A stretch of 64,000 nucleotides of DNA from contig NC_043015.1 of NCBI RefSeq assembly GCF_006345805.1, positions 32,054,001 through 32,118,000 of the forward strand. Reading direction: 5' to 3'. The position numbers and the translations under genes were made by a program. Source of the DNA: Octopus sinensis (lineage: Eukaryota). Below the pieces are notes generated by a model, which made no database searches, was not told where the DNA came from, and saw only the letters and a program-made list of their open reading frames with translations. Positions 52,657-62,680 of the stretch are shown piece after piece (within the stretch, counting starts at the first letter, position 1; every line of letters starts with the position of its first letter).

Positions 52657-53288
52657 TCAGATCCAATTTCCAAAGAGTGTCCCAACAAAAATAAATAAAA
52701 ATGCTAACCCTACACCTTCTTTATAACTGAACACTGATGCTGGCGATACATTGGAACGCTTTAATTGTATGAGTTTGTGGCAGCACATGAAAAGGTGAGC
52801 TAAATCAGGAATCATCAAGCCAACGTTTCGTAGGTTTTGGAATGCTTTTCCTTGTTTAAAAATGACTTGAATAACAAACTGGTCAGCGCCATTCACCAAA
52901 ATATGTGTTGAGCAAATGCAGAGGATAAAGAATATCTTCTTGAAGGTGACCGGGTTGCGAGAATCACACATATTCAGAACGAAAGCAGAAACAATTAGTT
53001 CCGTGATTATGAAGAAGGTATGGTGGCTGAAGTATAGGTAGAATCCCTCGTTGATGTAGCTGAATAAACACCACCAGGAATAATAATGAGGGTAGATGTT
53101 TATGGCAAACAGAAAGAGCATCTCCAGGCGGACATGCAGTTGAGGAAATAATGTGTTGTAGATGTATTTTATACTTTCATATGTTATTAACACAAAGAAT
53201 AAGGTAATAATCCAAACTGCATAAGTCTCTTGTGTGGAATTGAAGTAGATGTGCTTGTATCTGATATTCTTTTGGCCTTCGTAGCTCC
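52657..53288 (-). CDS. Uncharacterised multi-pass membrane protein, last coding exon (3 of 3)
   Basis: Acceptor TTCCTTTTCTTTTCCCTCTCCTCTAG at 53289+; phase 1. Open for 632 nt: (G)SYEGQKNIRYKHIYFNSTQETYAVWIITLFF...PHYYSWWCLFSYINEGF...DQFV...PDLAHL...GTLFGNWI*. TGA at 52659-52657; about 6 hydrophobic segments. Confidence 0.85.
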
Positions 53289-53514
53289 CTAGAGGAGAGG
53301 GAAAAGAAAAGGAATTAATAATAAAGATGAAGATTAAAGAAATATTTTGATTCCATTTATCAGCAATATTTAGTTAAACAAGTGCTGTGAGGAAGGCACA
53401 AAATACTCACATTATATATTCTACTGATATTGGAGAAAATGAAGGGAAGGAAGATGGTAGAAAATGAAAAAAGGAAGAGGAAGAACAAGTAAAAAAAGAC
53501 ATTGATGTACATAC

Positions 53515-53604
53515 CACGGAAAATAGTGTCAAAACAGGAACAAGTGCAGGTAGAACGATCGACAGGAATTTTGTTTGGTACCCAGAATATTTTGTGGTAA
53601 ATAC
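53515..53604 (-). CDS. Same gene, coding exon 2 of 3 (90 nt)
   Basis: TTCCACAG|GT...CGTG|GTATGT; phase 1 at both ends. Encodes (G)IYHKIFWVPNKIPVDRSTCTCSCFDTIFR(G) and joins exon 3 in frame across a 226-nt intron. Confidence 0.85.
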
Positions 53605-53618
53605 CTGTGGAATATTAA

Positions 53619-53838
53619 CCCTTTCATTACCGTATTTATTTTGAGATGCTCTGCATTTCTTTCAATTACTTTAAATATAACGAAGAATTTAGTAAAATAA
53701 CATAGTTATCATTAAGCTAGTGTAAGGAACATAAATTGTGACTAAGGTTTGGTGGAAGATTTTAATTCAAAACTTATGAAAACAAGACATTTGTACTCAG
53801 AGCCAGAGGCAGTTTCAGGTGGGTTGGTAATGGAAGGG
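53619..53838. mobile_element. piggyBac-type MITE (220 bp) in intron next to the exon 2 acceptor
   Basis: TTAA at 53615-53618 and 53839-53842; CCCTT...AAGGG ends; homologous to 3034-3255. Confidence 0.85.
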
Positions 53839-54567
53839 TTAAGGTAGTTAAGATGGTGAATGATTCAATTGTGTTGCATGGGAAGAATGGCAAAAATGGT
53901 TCTTGATATATTGAAATTATCACCTTCTCTAGAAGAGATATCAGAATTATCAAATGGCTGTTAAGACCAGCTCCATATGAGACAGGAATATTCTTAAGAA
54001 TCAAGAATTTTCCAAAGCTGACATGTCATTAGGGAAAAAGACAAACTCATTGTCAAGGGATAAAAGGAAAATGGTAAAAACGTGTTTCTGCCTCAATATG
54101 CATCATCAGCACAACAGCTACCATAATCTGTTTCCAGCAGCCGAGGGACATTGACATATACTAAAGAATAGAACACATTTATGGTTTAGGCAATTCGCAG
54201 TAAAACCAGGACATATTTAAACCATAGTAACTGTTGGACATACGTAAAAATATCAAGGAAAATTGTAACACAAACTTTCACTTAACAGATGTAGCAATTT
54301 TTAACTAAACAGAAGTAGAAATTTTTCTCATATCACACCCTTATATCTTAAATATGTGTATACATATATGCTAGAACTAAATTGCTAGGTCCTATCCCTA
54401 CACAGGAGCTAACCTAATATAAATAGCAGCCAAATTCCCAGCTTCTGCCTCTACCACCACCAAATCATTTCCTAACATATTAAAAAAGAGGGAAAAGAAT
54501 CCATTGGACACGATTATGACAGAAACATTTTAGGTCCTACATCTGTTAAATCAAGGTTGAAGTAGAG

Positions 54568-55385
54568 CAGTGACTCTCAGCTGGGGTCCTTAAGGTCCTT
54601 GAGGGTCCATATAAGACTTTTAGGGTACACACAACAAAATAGTAAATTGAGGATCTACAACAGTATTTTAAGAGCCCCTTTAAGTTTTATTGGTATAATG
54701 TATTTATTGGTATAATAATGAAATTATTGTATACAGTGCTCGGGTGCACCACAACTTGTCAAAAGTGCGTATAAAGCATATGCAGTAATGTACAAATGTC
54801 CGGAAAGCGAAGAATGCATGAGTCAGATACATGCTTGCGTGTGTATGGAGGGGAGAAAATCAGGTGTAGTGTTGGTGAATCTCAGGAAGCATGGAAGTTT
54901 TGAAGGATGCAGTGCTCCGACAACTAACAACTGGTGCCGGCAGTTTGTTCCATCCTTCAGCAACTCTCAGCGTGAAAAAATGTTTCTGAAAGTCATGGGA
55001 GCTGTGCTGTTTTCTGACTTTGTAAACATGTCCACGGGTGTTAGACAGGTGGAGTTTGAAAAGGTGCTCAGAGTTATTGTTTGTAAGATGGTTAATAATT
55101 TTATGCGTGTCTGCCAAGTCAGCTGCCAGACGTCGGAGCTTCAACGTGTCCATGCCCAGGGAAGTAAAGCGTTCAGAATATGGCAGATGCCTGATGGAAA
55201 AATGCTAGAAACAGCTAGGTTTCTCCCACTAACATTTAACACAATTCAACATACATAAGTTAATGTGCAAGATACAAATTAGGGATTTTGAAAGAAGTTT
55301 CTATAAAACTAGTTTATAAACATCAGATTGTGATGGGGATCCACCAGAATAAAATAGTAATAAAAGGGTCCCATAGATAAAAGAG
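54568..55385. mobile_element. hAT/Charlie-like MITE remnant interrupted by a CR1 insertion
   Basis: Starts CAGTGACTCTCAGCTGGGGTCC; resumes after about 55197 to GGGGATCCACC...GGGTCCCATAGATAAAAA. Right TIR not seen. Confidence 0.5.
54711..55197 (-). mobile_element. CR1-LINE 3' end (ORF2 C-terminus + 3'UTR)
   Basis: Translation IRHLPYSERFTSLGMDTLKLRRLAADL...SNTRGHVYKVRKQHSSHDFQKHFFTLRVAEGWNKLP...HYT*. Confidence 0.9.
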
Positions 55386-55475
55386 AGGATATAAGGATTA
55401 AAAAAACCAATTATAATGATAAAAACATGTAAATGAATGTACAAAAAAATTCATATTTGCTTTGAGGTGACTCAC

Positions 55476-55620
55476 CGATTTGTATGAAAGGTAACAGTGC
55501 CATAAATATTATAGCACTTATAAAAGGAAAAACTTTCTTTAGGACTTCTTTCAGGGAACAATCTATGAAGAGATGTTTCACATAAAGCTGGAGTCGCTGG
55601 CTTAAACGCCAGGGATACAT
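55476..55620 (-). CDS. Same gene, first coding exon (acceptor at 55633; ATG at 55620)
   Basis: TTTAAATTTCAG|AAGTACGACAAG-ATG; encodes MYPWRLSQRLQ...VFPFISAIIFMALLPFIQI; phase-1 donor G|GTGAGT matches exon 2. Spliced product is 288 aa. The true start could lie upstream because AAG TAC GAC AAG is in frame. Confidence 0.75.
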
Positions 55621-55759
55621 CTTGTCGTACTTCTGAAATTTAAAGCATGTAAATGTATACATAATATGAATGTAAGACATAAGGTAAATAAGTCTTGTAT
55701 GAGCATATAAGTTCAAAGCATTTATGAAAAAGGAGAGTTTTCTTTTGTGATTCAGCCAT

Positions 55760-55849
55760 GGAACAATCTAGAGTTGTTTCAGGTAGGCTTGGAGTCATTT
55801 GCTTAAAAACCTGGAATACATCTCTTGTACTTCTGAAATTTAAAGCATG
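55760..55849 (-). pseudogene. Decayed tandem duplicate of the acceptor and 5' part of coding exon 1
   Basis: CATGCTTTAAATTTCAG|AAGTACAAGAG-ATGTATTCCAGGTTTTTAAGCAAATGA... aligns to exon 1. The acceptor is offset by exactly 200 nt; in-frame TGA at codon 9. Confidence 0.75.
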
Positions 55850-56060
55850 AGAACTTTTCTTTCACTTGTTTATAGGGGTCCACTGTGGCACTGTCTTAAA
55901 AGGTTTTAGTTGAACAAATTGACCCCTACCCAGGACTAGTATTTAAGTCTAGTGCTTATTCTACCAGTCTCTTTTACCAGGCCTCTAGGTTATGGGGATG
56001 TAAACACACCAACACTGGTTGTCAAGTGGTGGTGAGAGACAAAGCACAGACACAAAGACA
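55850..56060 (-). mobile_element. SINE family A 3' module, diverged
   Basis: TTCACTTGTTT...CTGTGGCACTGTC...GTTGAACAAATTGACCCC...GGTTGTCAAGTGGTGG. Confidence 0.6.
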
Positions 56061-56087
56061 TAAATATATATATATATATAAATTAGA

Positions 56088-56334
56088 AAAATGAACAATT
56101 AAATTACACCATCTAGAAAATTACATATAATAGAAATATTAAAATTAAAATAACAATAATATACTGATGATTAAGTAAATTGCAAAATAGTAATAAAAAC
56201 ATATATATTTGGTATATATACGTTTTTATTATTATTTTGCAATTTACTTAATCATTAGTATGTTATTGTTATTTTAATTTTAATATTTCTATTACATGTA
56301 ATTTTCTAGATGGTGTAATTTAATTGTTCATTTT
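56088..56334. repeat. Near-perfect foldback, 113-bp arms, 21-nt loop
   Basis: 56088-56200 is the reverse complement of 56222-56334 with few mismatches. Confidence 0.9.
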
Positions 56335-56484
56335 GAATTGATAAAAGGTGGTTGTTTTCTAATTTTTATATATATATATTATATTTTGTGAAATTTGATT
56401 TAGCATTTCTAAATTGAATTTTTCCCTGTAAGTTAGGAATAATATTCCCTCAAATAATTATTATTATTATATATATATATATAT

Positions 56485-56895
56485 TACTCTTTACTCTTTT
56501 ACTTGTTTCAGTCATTTGACTGCGACCATGCTGGAGCACTGCCTTTAGTCGAGCAAATCGACCCCGGGACTTATTCTTTGTAAGCCCAGTAGTTATTCTA
56601 TCGGTCTCTTTTGCCGAAGCACTAAGTTACGGGGACGTAAACACACCAGCATCGGTTGTCAAGCAATGCTAGGGGGACAAACACAGACACAGACACGTGC
56701 AGGTGGCACGTAAAAAGCACCCACTACACTCACAGAGTGGTTGGCGTTAGGAAGGGCATCCAGCTGTAGAAACTCTGCCAGATAAGACCGGAGCCTGGTG
56801 CAGCCTTCTGGCTTCCCAGACCCCAGTTGAACCGTCCAACCCATGCTAGCATGGAGAACGGACGTTAAACGATGATGATGATGATGATGATGATA
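56485..56895. mobile_element. SINE family A 3' module (-, 56485-56690) fused to an RTE 3'UTR end (+, 56695-56895)
   Basis: Family motifs directly adjacent. Confidence 0.8.
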
Positions 56896-56897
56896 TA

Positions 56898-58076
56898 TAT
56901 CTGAACTTCCACAAAGCAGATTGGAAATCGATCCAAAAAGAGATCCTCAGAGAGGACTGGCCGGAATGTCTCTCCACACCAGACATTGACATGAAACTAG
57001 AATGTTTCATGTCTTCTGTGCAAGCCGTATGCCAGAAATATGTCCCAGAGCACAAGGCCAAAACAAATAGGAGCAAGATTCCAAGAGACAGGAAGATCCT
57101 CATGAGACAACGGACGAAGGTTGCAAATCGTCTCAACCAACATCCCAAAAGTAGCGAAACGTCCCGCCTAAAAACAACACTGATGGAGATCGAAAAAAGG
57201 CTGCAACAATCCTACGTGAGGGAGAAAGCAGACAAAGAAGCCTGGGTTATAAAAAACATTAAATCAAACCCAAAGGCCTTCTTTCATTATGCGAAAGAAA
57301 CAGTCTCAGTGCACTACAAGATAGGACCCCTCCTCCAAAAGGATGGCTCCCTCACAGACAGTCCAGCTAAGATCAGTGAGATACTGAATGACCAGTTCAA
57401 AAGTGTCTTTACCACCCCGTTGGAACACAGACAAATGAACGAACCAGTGGACTTCTTTGCCGCCTCACCTATAACCAGCGAGGCGGTTACAATAGAATGT
57501 ATTGACATTAACGAAAAAGATGTCCTACTAGCCATAGATGAAGTGGACACAAACTCAGCTGCTGGTCCAGATGGTTTCCCAGCCATCCTCCTCAAAGCGT
57601 GTAAGCATGCCCTGGGAAAACCCCTCAAGATTCTCTTCCAGAGCTTTCTTGCGAATGGCAAACTGCTAAGCAAGCTGAAGGAGGGAATAATATGCCCAAT
57701 ACATAAAGGGGGAAGTAGAGCACATGCCAAAAACTATTGGCCTATCTCTCTGACTTCACACATCAGCAAAGTCATGGAACAGATAGTCAGAAAAAAACTA
57801 ATCGCATTCCTTGAGGAAAATAACTTGCTGAGTGATACCCAGCATGGTTTTCGACCAGGTAGGAGCTGCCTGACCCAGCTCTTACAACATTATGACTGGG
57901 TGTTGAGGCAGTTACTCAACAAATCAAATGTGGACGTAATCTACCTTGATTTTGCAAAAGCTTTTGACAAGGTGGATCATGGCATGATATGCCACGAACT
58001 GCGTGACCTCGGCATAGCTGGAAAACTTGGAGTGTGGTTACATGACTTCCTGAAAGATAGGAGTCAGGCAGTAGTA
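56898..58076 (+). mobile_element. CR1-clade LINE ORF2 internal fragment (pre-RT region + RT domains up to about 3), open frame, truncated at both ends
   Basis: Uninterrupted frame LNFHKADW...KSNPKAFF...GPDGFPAILLK...NYWPISLTS...QHGFRPGRSCLTQLL...VIYLDFAKAFDKVDH...WLHDFLKDRSQAVV; then ATG + A13. No YADD or C-terminus. Confidence 0.9.
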
Positions 58077-58189
58077 ATGAAAAAAAAAAAAACGCAATTG
58101 TCTTTAAAATAATATACACCGTATATCGTTGAAAAAAATATTTCCTAAGCTCCAGTAGGGGCTCGTTATTAACTTAGTTTTTGCAATGT

Positions 58190-58290
58190 TGCGCCAATCA
58201 GCTCATTTGCATACGCAAGTCGCTGTAGGATCGACTACCTACGACTGGCTAGCGCGGATGCGCGTCTGCGCAAACCGGGTCCAGTCTACG
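58190..58290. promoter_or_regulatory. Small CpG-dense patch with CCAAT + octamer + GCGC-rich motif; candidate promoter
   Basis: CCAAT 58194-58198, ATTTGCAT 58205-58212, TGCGCGTCTGCGCA 58259-58272; 12 CpG in 58191-58290; about 2.6 kb upstream of the gene's ATG. Confidence 0.35.
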
Positions 58291-58427
58291 TGACTAGTAC
58301 CCCGTACCCCACTGGTATTTGAGTACTCTTTTTTCCACCTTGTTTCACATTTACATGTTTACTCCGGTATATATATATATATATATACATATATACTTTA
58401 TTCAAAGCAGCAGAATATTCAACAAAA

Positions 58428-58466
58428 CCTGTTACTCTGAGTTTCCCGTTGCCGTTCATCGGACTG
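58428..58466 (-). ncRNA. Degenerate minimal hammerhead-like motif
   Basis: Minus strand CAGT-CCGATGA-A-CGG CAA CGG-GAAA-CTC A GAG-TA-ACAGG. U4C, one mismatch in each of stem II and stem I; element flanked by (TA)n. Confidence 0.4.
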
Positions 58467-58998
58467 TTTTTGCTATATATATACACACACACACACACAC
58501 ACATATATACGACGGGTAAAGTATTTGTAACGTAACGGGGGTAAATAAATACTTTCTTACAACTTCATATATATTATCTGTCCTTCCATATCTTACAAAA
58601 GGCAATTTATAACAACACACCTCTTATCCTCACACTTTCCGACTTCGACACCAATAGCATACTATTTACAAATCTATTAAAGCCGTTACACACATTTATA
58701 TATATATCTATATATATCTATATAATAGCGTGCATGTGTATGTATGTATGTAGACTGGTAAAAAGTTACCGATAAGGTGCTACTTACCTCTTAGCTGTCA
58801 AATAAATGGGTTATTTCTCAATAAAACACACTTTTTTGCTCGACCAAATATCTTAAGCTTTATACCAAACGTTTTAGAAAGGGAAAAAAGCAAAGCTCTT
58901 TTGTACCCAAACAAGTTTCTGTGTGTCTGTGTGGGCGTGGAAGAAAGCTAAACGATTTCCAATAAATATATTTCAATTGTTGTGTGAGGAAGTATATA

Positions 58999-59399
58999 CA
59001 GGAGTGGCTGTGTGGTAAGTAGCTTGCTAACCAACCACATGGTTCCGGGTTCAGTACCACTGAGTGGCACCTTGGGCAAGTGTCTTCTGCTATAGCCCCG
59101 GGCCGACCAATGCCTTGTGAGTGGATTTGGTAGACAGAAACTGAAAGAAGCCTGTCGTATATATGTATGTGTGTGTATATGTTTGTGTGTCTGTGTTTGT
59201 CCCCCTAGCATTGTTTGACAACCGATGCTGGTGTGTTTACGTCCCCGTCACTTAGCGGTTCGGCAAAAGAAACCGATAGAATAAGTACTGGGCTTACAAA
59301 AGAATAAGTCCCGGGGTCGATTTGCTCGACGAAAGGCGGTGCTCCAGCATGGCCGCAGTCAAATGACTGAAACAAGCAAAAGAGCAAAGAGCAAGAGCA
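58999..59399 (+). mobile_element. SINE family A, full length
   Basis: CAGGAGTGGCTGTGTGG head, GGTTCAGTACC B-box-like, CACCTTGGGCAAGTGTCTT, microsatellite linker, second module, (AAAGAGC)n tail. Confidence 0.9.
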
Positions 59400-59540
59400 T
59401 ATTCTGATGATAAAAAATAGTATCTTTCAAAAACATCCAAAATTTATAGACTATATCTTGCGTGTTTAAGAAAAAAATGAAAACATTTTACAGAATAAAT
59501 TTTCCAGAACGCGAATTACATGGTTCGTTATTAAATATAT

Positions 59541-59619
<79 letters not shown>

Positions 59620-59657
59620 AAAAAGGAGATGTGGAACACGAGTTGTGATATATAAAA

Positions 59658-59870
59658 AAAGGAAATGAAGAAAATGCTGACAAAATAATTTAAGTAAGGG
59701 AGAGTGTATTTAATTAAGAGAAAAAAAAATCTATCAGAAAGGAACTCTATCTCTCTTAAAACAATATCTTTTGATAAGCATAACAAATGCGCAACCGGTA
59801 AAAAGAACTTTCACCTAATTAAATACACTCTCCCTTACTTAAATTATTTTGTCAGCATTTTCTTCATTTC

Positions 59871-59874
<4 letters not shown>
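59658..59874. repeat. Perfect 59-bp inverted repeat with 99-bp spacer
   Basis: 59658-59716 equals the reverse complement of 59816-59874. Confidence 0.9.
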
Positions 59875-59905
<31 letters not shown>

Positions 59906-59943
59906 ACAAGATAAGGGCTGAAGAAAAATTCTAATGCCAAATA

Positions 59944-60249
59944 TGCCGAAACAAAAAATTGTCGATAACCATTATAATTTATGCGTCTCGAAACAAACCG
60001 ATAGAAATCTCTAAAAAATTCTATTTGGGGTACTTAAGTCTGCTCTGGACTTAGTGCTTGCTTTTTCCATGGGTATGAGTAGGTATTTCATTTATATCTC
60101 GAGTATTTGTTGCTGAAGAGGGGAAAATTTTTTATGAATTAACCCCGAAATTGGACCAACACGGTAATAACGAAGTTTTTAGAGATTTCTATCGGTTTGT
60201 TTCGAGACGCATAAATTATAATGGTTGTCGACAATTTTTTGTTTCAGCA
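59944..60249. mobile_element. TA-flanked MITE with about 74-bp TIRs
   Basis: 59942-60017 vs 60176-60251 are reverse complements with 2 mismatches; outer TA on both sides. Confidence 0.75.
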
Positions 60250-61224
60250 TACAAGTATATCCGAGGTAATGTGGTACGATCGTTTCATGCTACTTCGTTT
60301 TATTTAACACTGTAAGCATTACATCAGTTTTAAAATGTCGAGCAATCTTCAGCCACCTTTTCCAAACAACCGGACAATGCACATTCTTATCCCTAATTCA
60401 TTTGCCAACAATAAGGATTGGTTTAGCTAGGCTGAATATGGGTGTCGTATGTTTTCTGTCAAAAATACGATTTTCAAAATTTCATGTCTCACTAAAAGAA
60501 AAACAAAAAAAAATATATATATTTTGGATCCCATGCCCCACCACAACTATTCAGGCCCCGGGAATCATAGCATCGACCGATATTTAAAGATGTTAGAGCT
60601 CTTATCAAATTATTGTAACTTTAAATCAGTAAATGTTGAGCAATACAGGGCTGACTGTGTAAAGGACACCTTTATCAATGATTTTCTCCCCTCAAAGCTA
60701 AGGTTAGGAACACAATCTCACTTGATAACATGAAAATTAATAGGAAAATTAATTTCGCATTACAGCCAGACTTTCAGGAACGCATTACTTCCGTAAAGCG
60801 AATGATTTCTGTAATGCACTTCGCAATATAGGTGATTCATAGCGCGGGAGAGAGGGTACATTTAGAGGGAAGGGGTCATGTAACGAAGTAAGGTTCTTGA
60901 AAGACAAGGCTTTCTGGCTGCCGCAACAAACTTTTGTTAAGGGGAATTAATTCTGATAGCGAAATAATTTGTAATTACCTCCCTTTATATAAAACTATTT
61001 TATTTGTTTACAAGGATAAAATTTTGGTAAATTTTGATATTTTCACCCGCACGATTTTCACAAAGAAAAAAGAAAAGAAAAAAAAACTCTGATTGTTAGC
61101 GTGGAATCAAGTACCCTGACCTCTGAATATGCTGCAAACCCCTTATTTTTGTTCGGAAAAAAGTGTTGGTGATAGTGGTGGTGGTGGTGGTGTGTGTGTG
61201 TGTATGTGTGGGTGTGGGACGGGC

Positions 61225-61470
61225 CTAGTGTCGACGCACATAAAAAGCACCATTCGAGCCACCTGACTGGCCTCCGTGCCAGTGAAACTTAAAAAAGCAC
61301 CCACTACACACTCGGAGTGGTTGGCATTAGGAAGAGCATCCAGCTGTAGAAACTCTGCCAGATCAGATTGGTGCCTGGTGCAGCCATTTGGTTCACCAGT
61401 CCTCAGTCAAATCGTCCAACCCATGCTAGCATGGAAAGCAGACATTAAACGATGATGATGATAATGAGGA
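61225..61470 (+). mobile_element. RTE-LINE 3'UTR copy
   Basis: Conserved motifs and (GAT)n tail. Confidence 0.8.
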
Positions 61471-61729
61471 TTATATATATGATATATTGCTATGCCATTG
61501 AAAGTTTAGGTAAACTTCGTCCTTCTCTCTCTCTCTCCCCCACCCTACTTCCGTTTCCCAAATACAAAACGGGTTTTATGGCATATTAGGAGGTCACCGT
61601 AATTCATTCAACGAAAAAAAACAAACTTTCAATAATTCTGGGATAGGGGTAGGGGTCCGATTTCCCACCCCACCTTTCTTCCGAACAAAAATAAGGGGTT
61701 TGCAGCATATCAGGAGGTCAGGGTACATG

Positions 61730-62680
61730 TACATGATACCACTCCAAAATAAATGATACCCAGTCGATTTCTCTACAAAATTCTCTTTTCCACGAATTCT
61801 TGTTCCGGCTAATGCCACAACATCTATATCATATCGCTGCAACTCTTTTACAACAAGCGTAGCTCCCTTAACCTGAATTTATTCACAATGGCATGATGAC
61901 GATCGGATCCAGGCTGTGGTGCTCTGGAACACCTGCCAGGCCAGACCACAGAACAAAATGTTTCAGAGCCCTTTTTTTTTTTGCCTTTGCTTCGGTATCA
62001 ATAACATCTTTCATTGTTTGGTTGCGCCTTTTTAGGCTTCGGCCAGCCATGTGCGTACTTCCCAGCAATGCCTGTGCTTGACGCTTTTTAAAGTGAGGAA
62101 AAGTTTTGCACAGAAATCATTCCCATTCTGTAAACTACGAAGCATGATCCAAAAAGAAGAGGGTTTTATATTAGGGTGTCCTTCGCCCAGTCCTCGCCGA
62201 ATCTAAGGCTAACTACAAGACAGCCGTGAAGTATTTAAACTCAGAATTACCTTCTTCTCCTCGATAGACTGCCTTCGCCACGGCTTGGGTGAACACGAAC
62301 AAGTGCTCCTTGCACCCCTTATCTATTTATCATACAAAAAGGGTGGATGGGGTGGGGATAAAATAAAAAATTGAGATACGATATATACAATTTAAAACAC
62401 AATATACACACATACAGTTTGAAATACAATATATATATACACACACACACACACACACTCCACAAACAAAACGTTGTTGAATGGCCGTTGACTGCACTCT
62501 AGTTCTTCCGCCCTTTGACGGGTCTTTCTTTTTTTTTGTCCTGCAAGGTGTTCAACATCTTCCTCACCAAGGTGAGGTTGCCGGTTTAGTCGCGATGACC
62601 CGACCATATAACAGGTTGTACTGGATTATTTGGTACCAGTAGCGCCCAAGAGCGACCTAACACTAACGCACACTTCTGCT
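61730..62680 (-). mobile_element. RTE-like LINE 5' remnant (5'UTR + start of AP endonuclease)
   Basis: 61870-61740 translates to LVVKELQRYDIDVVALAGTRIRGKENFVEKSTGYHLFWSG (AP-EN N-terminus). Upstream GGCGAAGGCAGTCTATCGAGGAGAAGAAGGTAATTCTGAGTTTAAA resembles RTE 5' region motifs. Upstream limit uncertain. Confidence 0.55.

Noticed and set aside
54055-54155. Acceptor-like TTCTATTCTTTAG followed by ATG-MSMSLGCWKQIMVAVVLMMH as an alternative first exon
   Set aside because: No GT donor in phase 1 to join exon 2; the frame ends in a stop shortly after.
54711-58076. Divergent CR1 pieces (3' end on minus, internal part on plus) as one twin-primed insertion
   Set aside because: The 3' piece sits inside a MITE that continues on both sides of it, and host exon 1 lies between the two pieces, so they are independent insertions.
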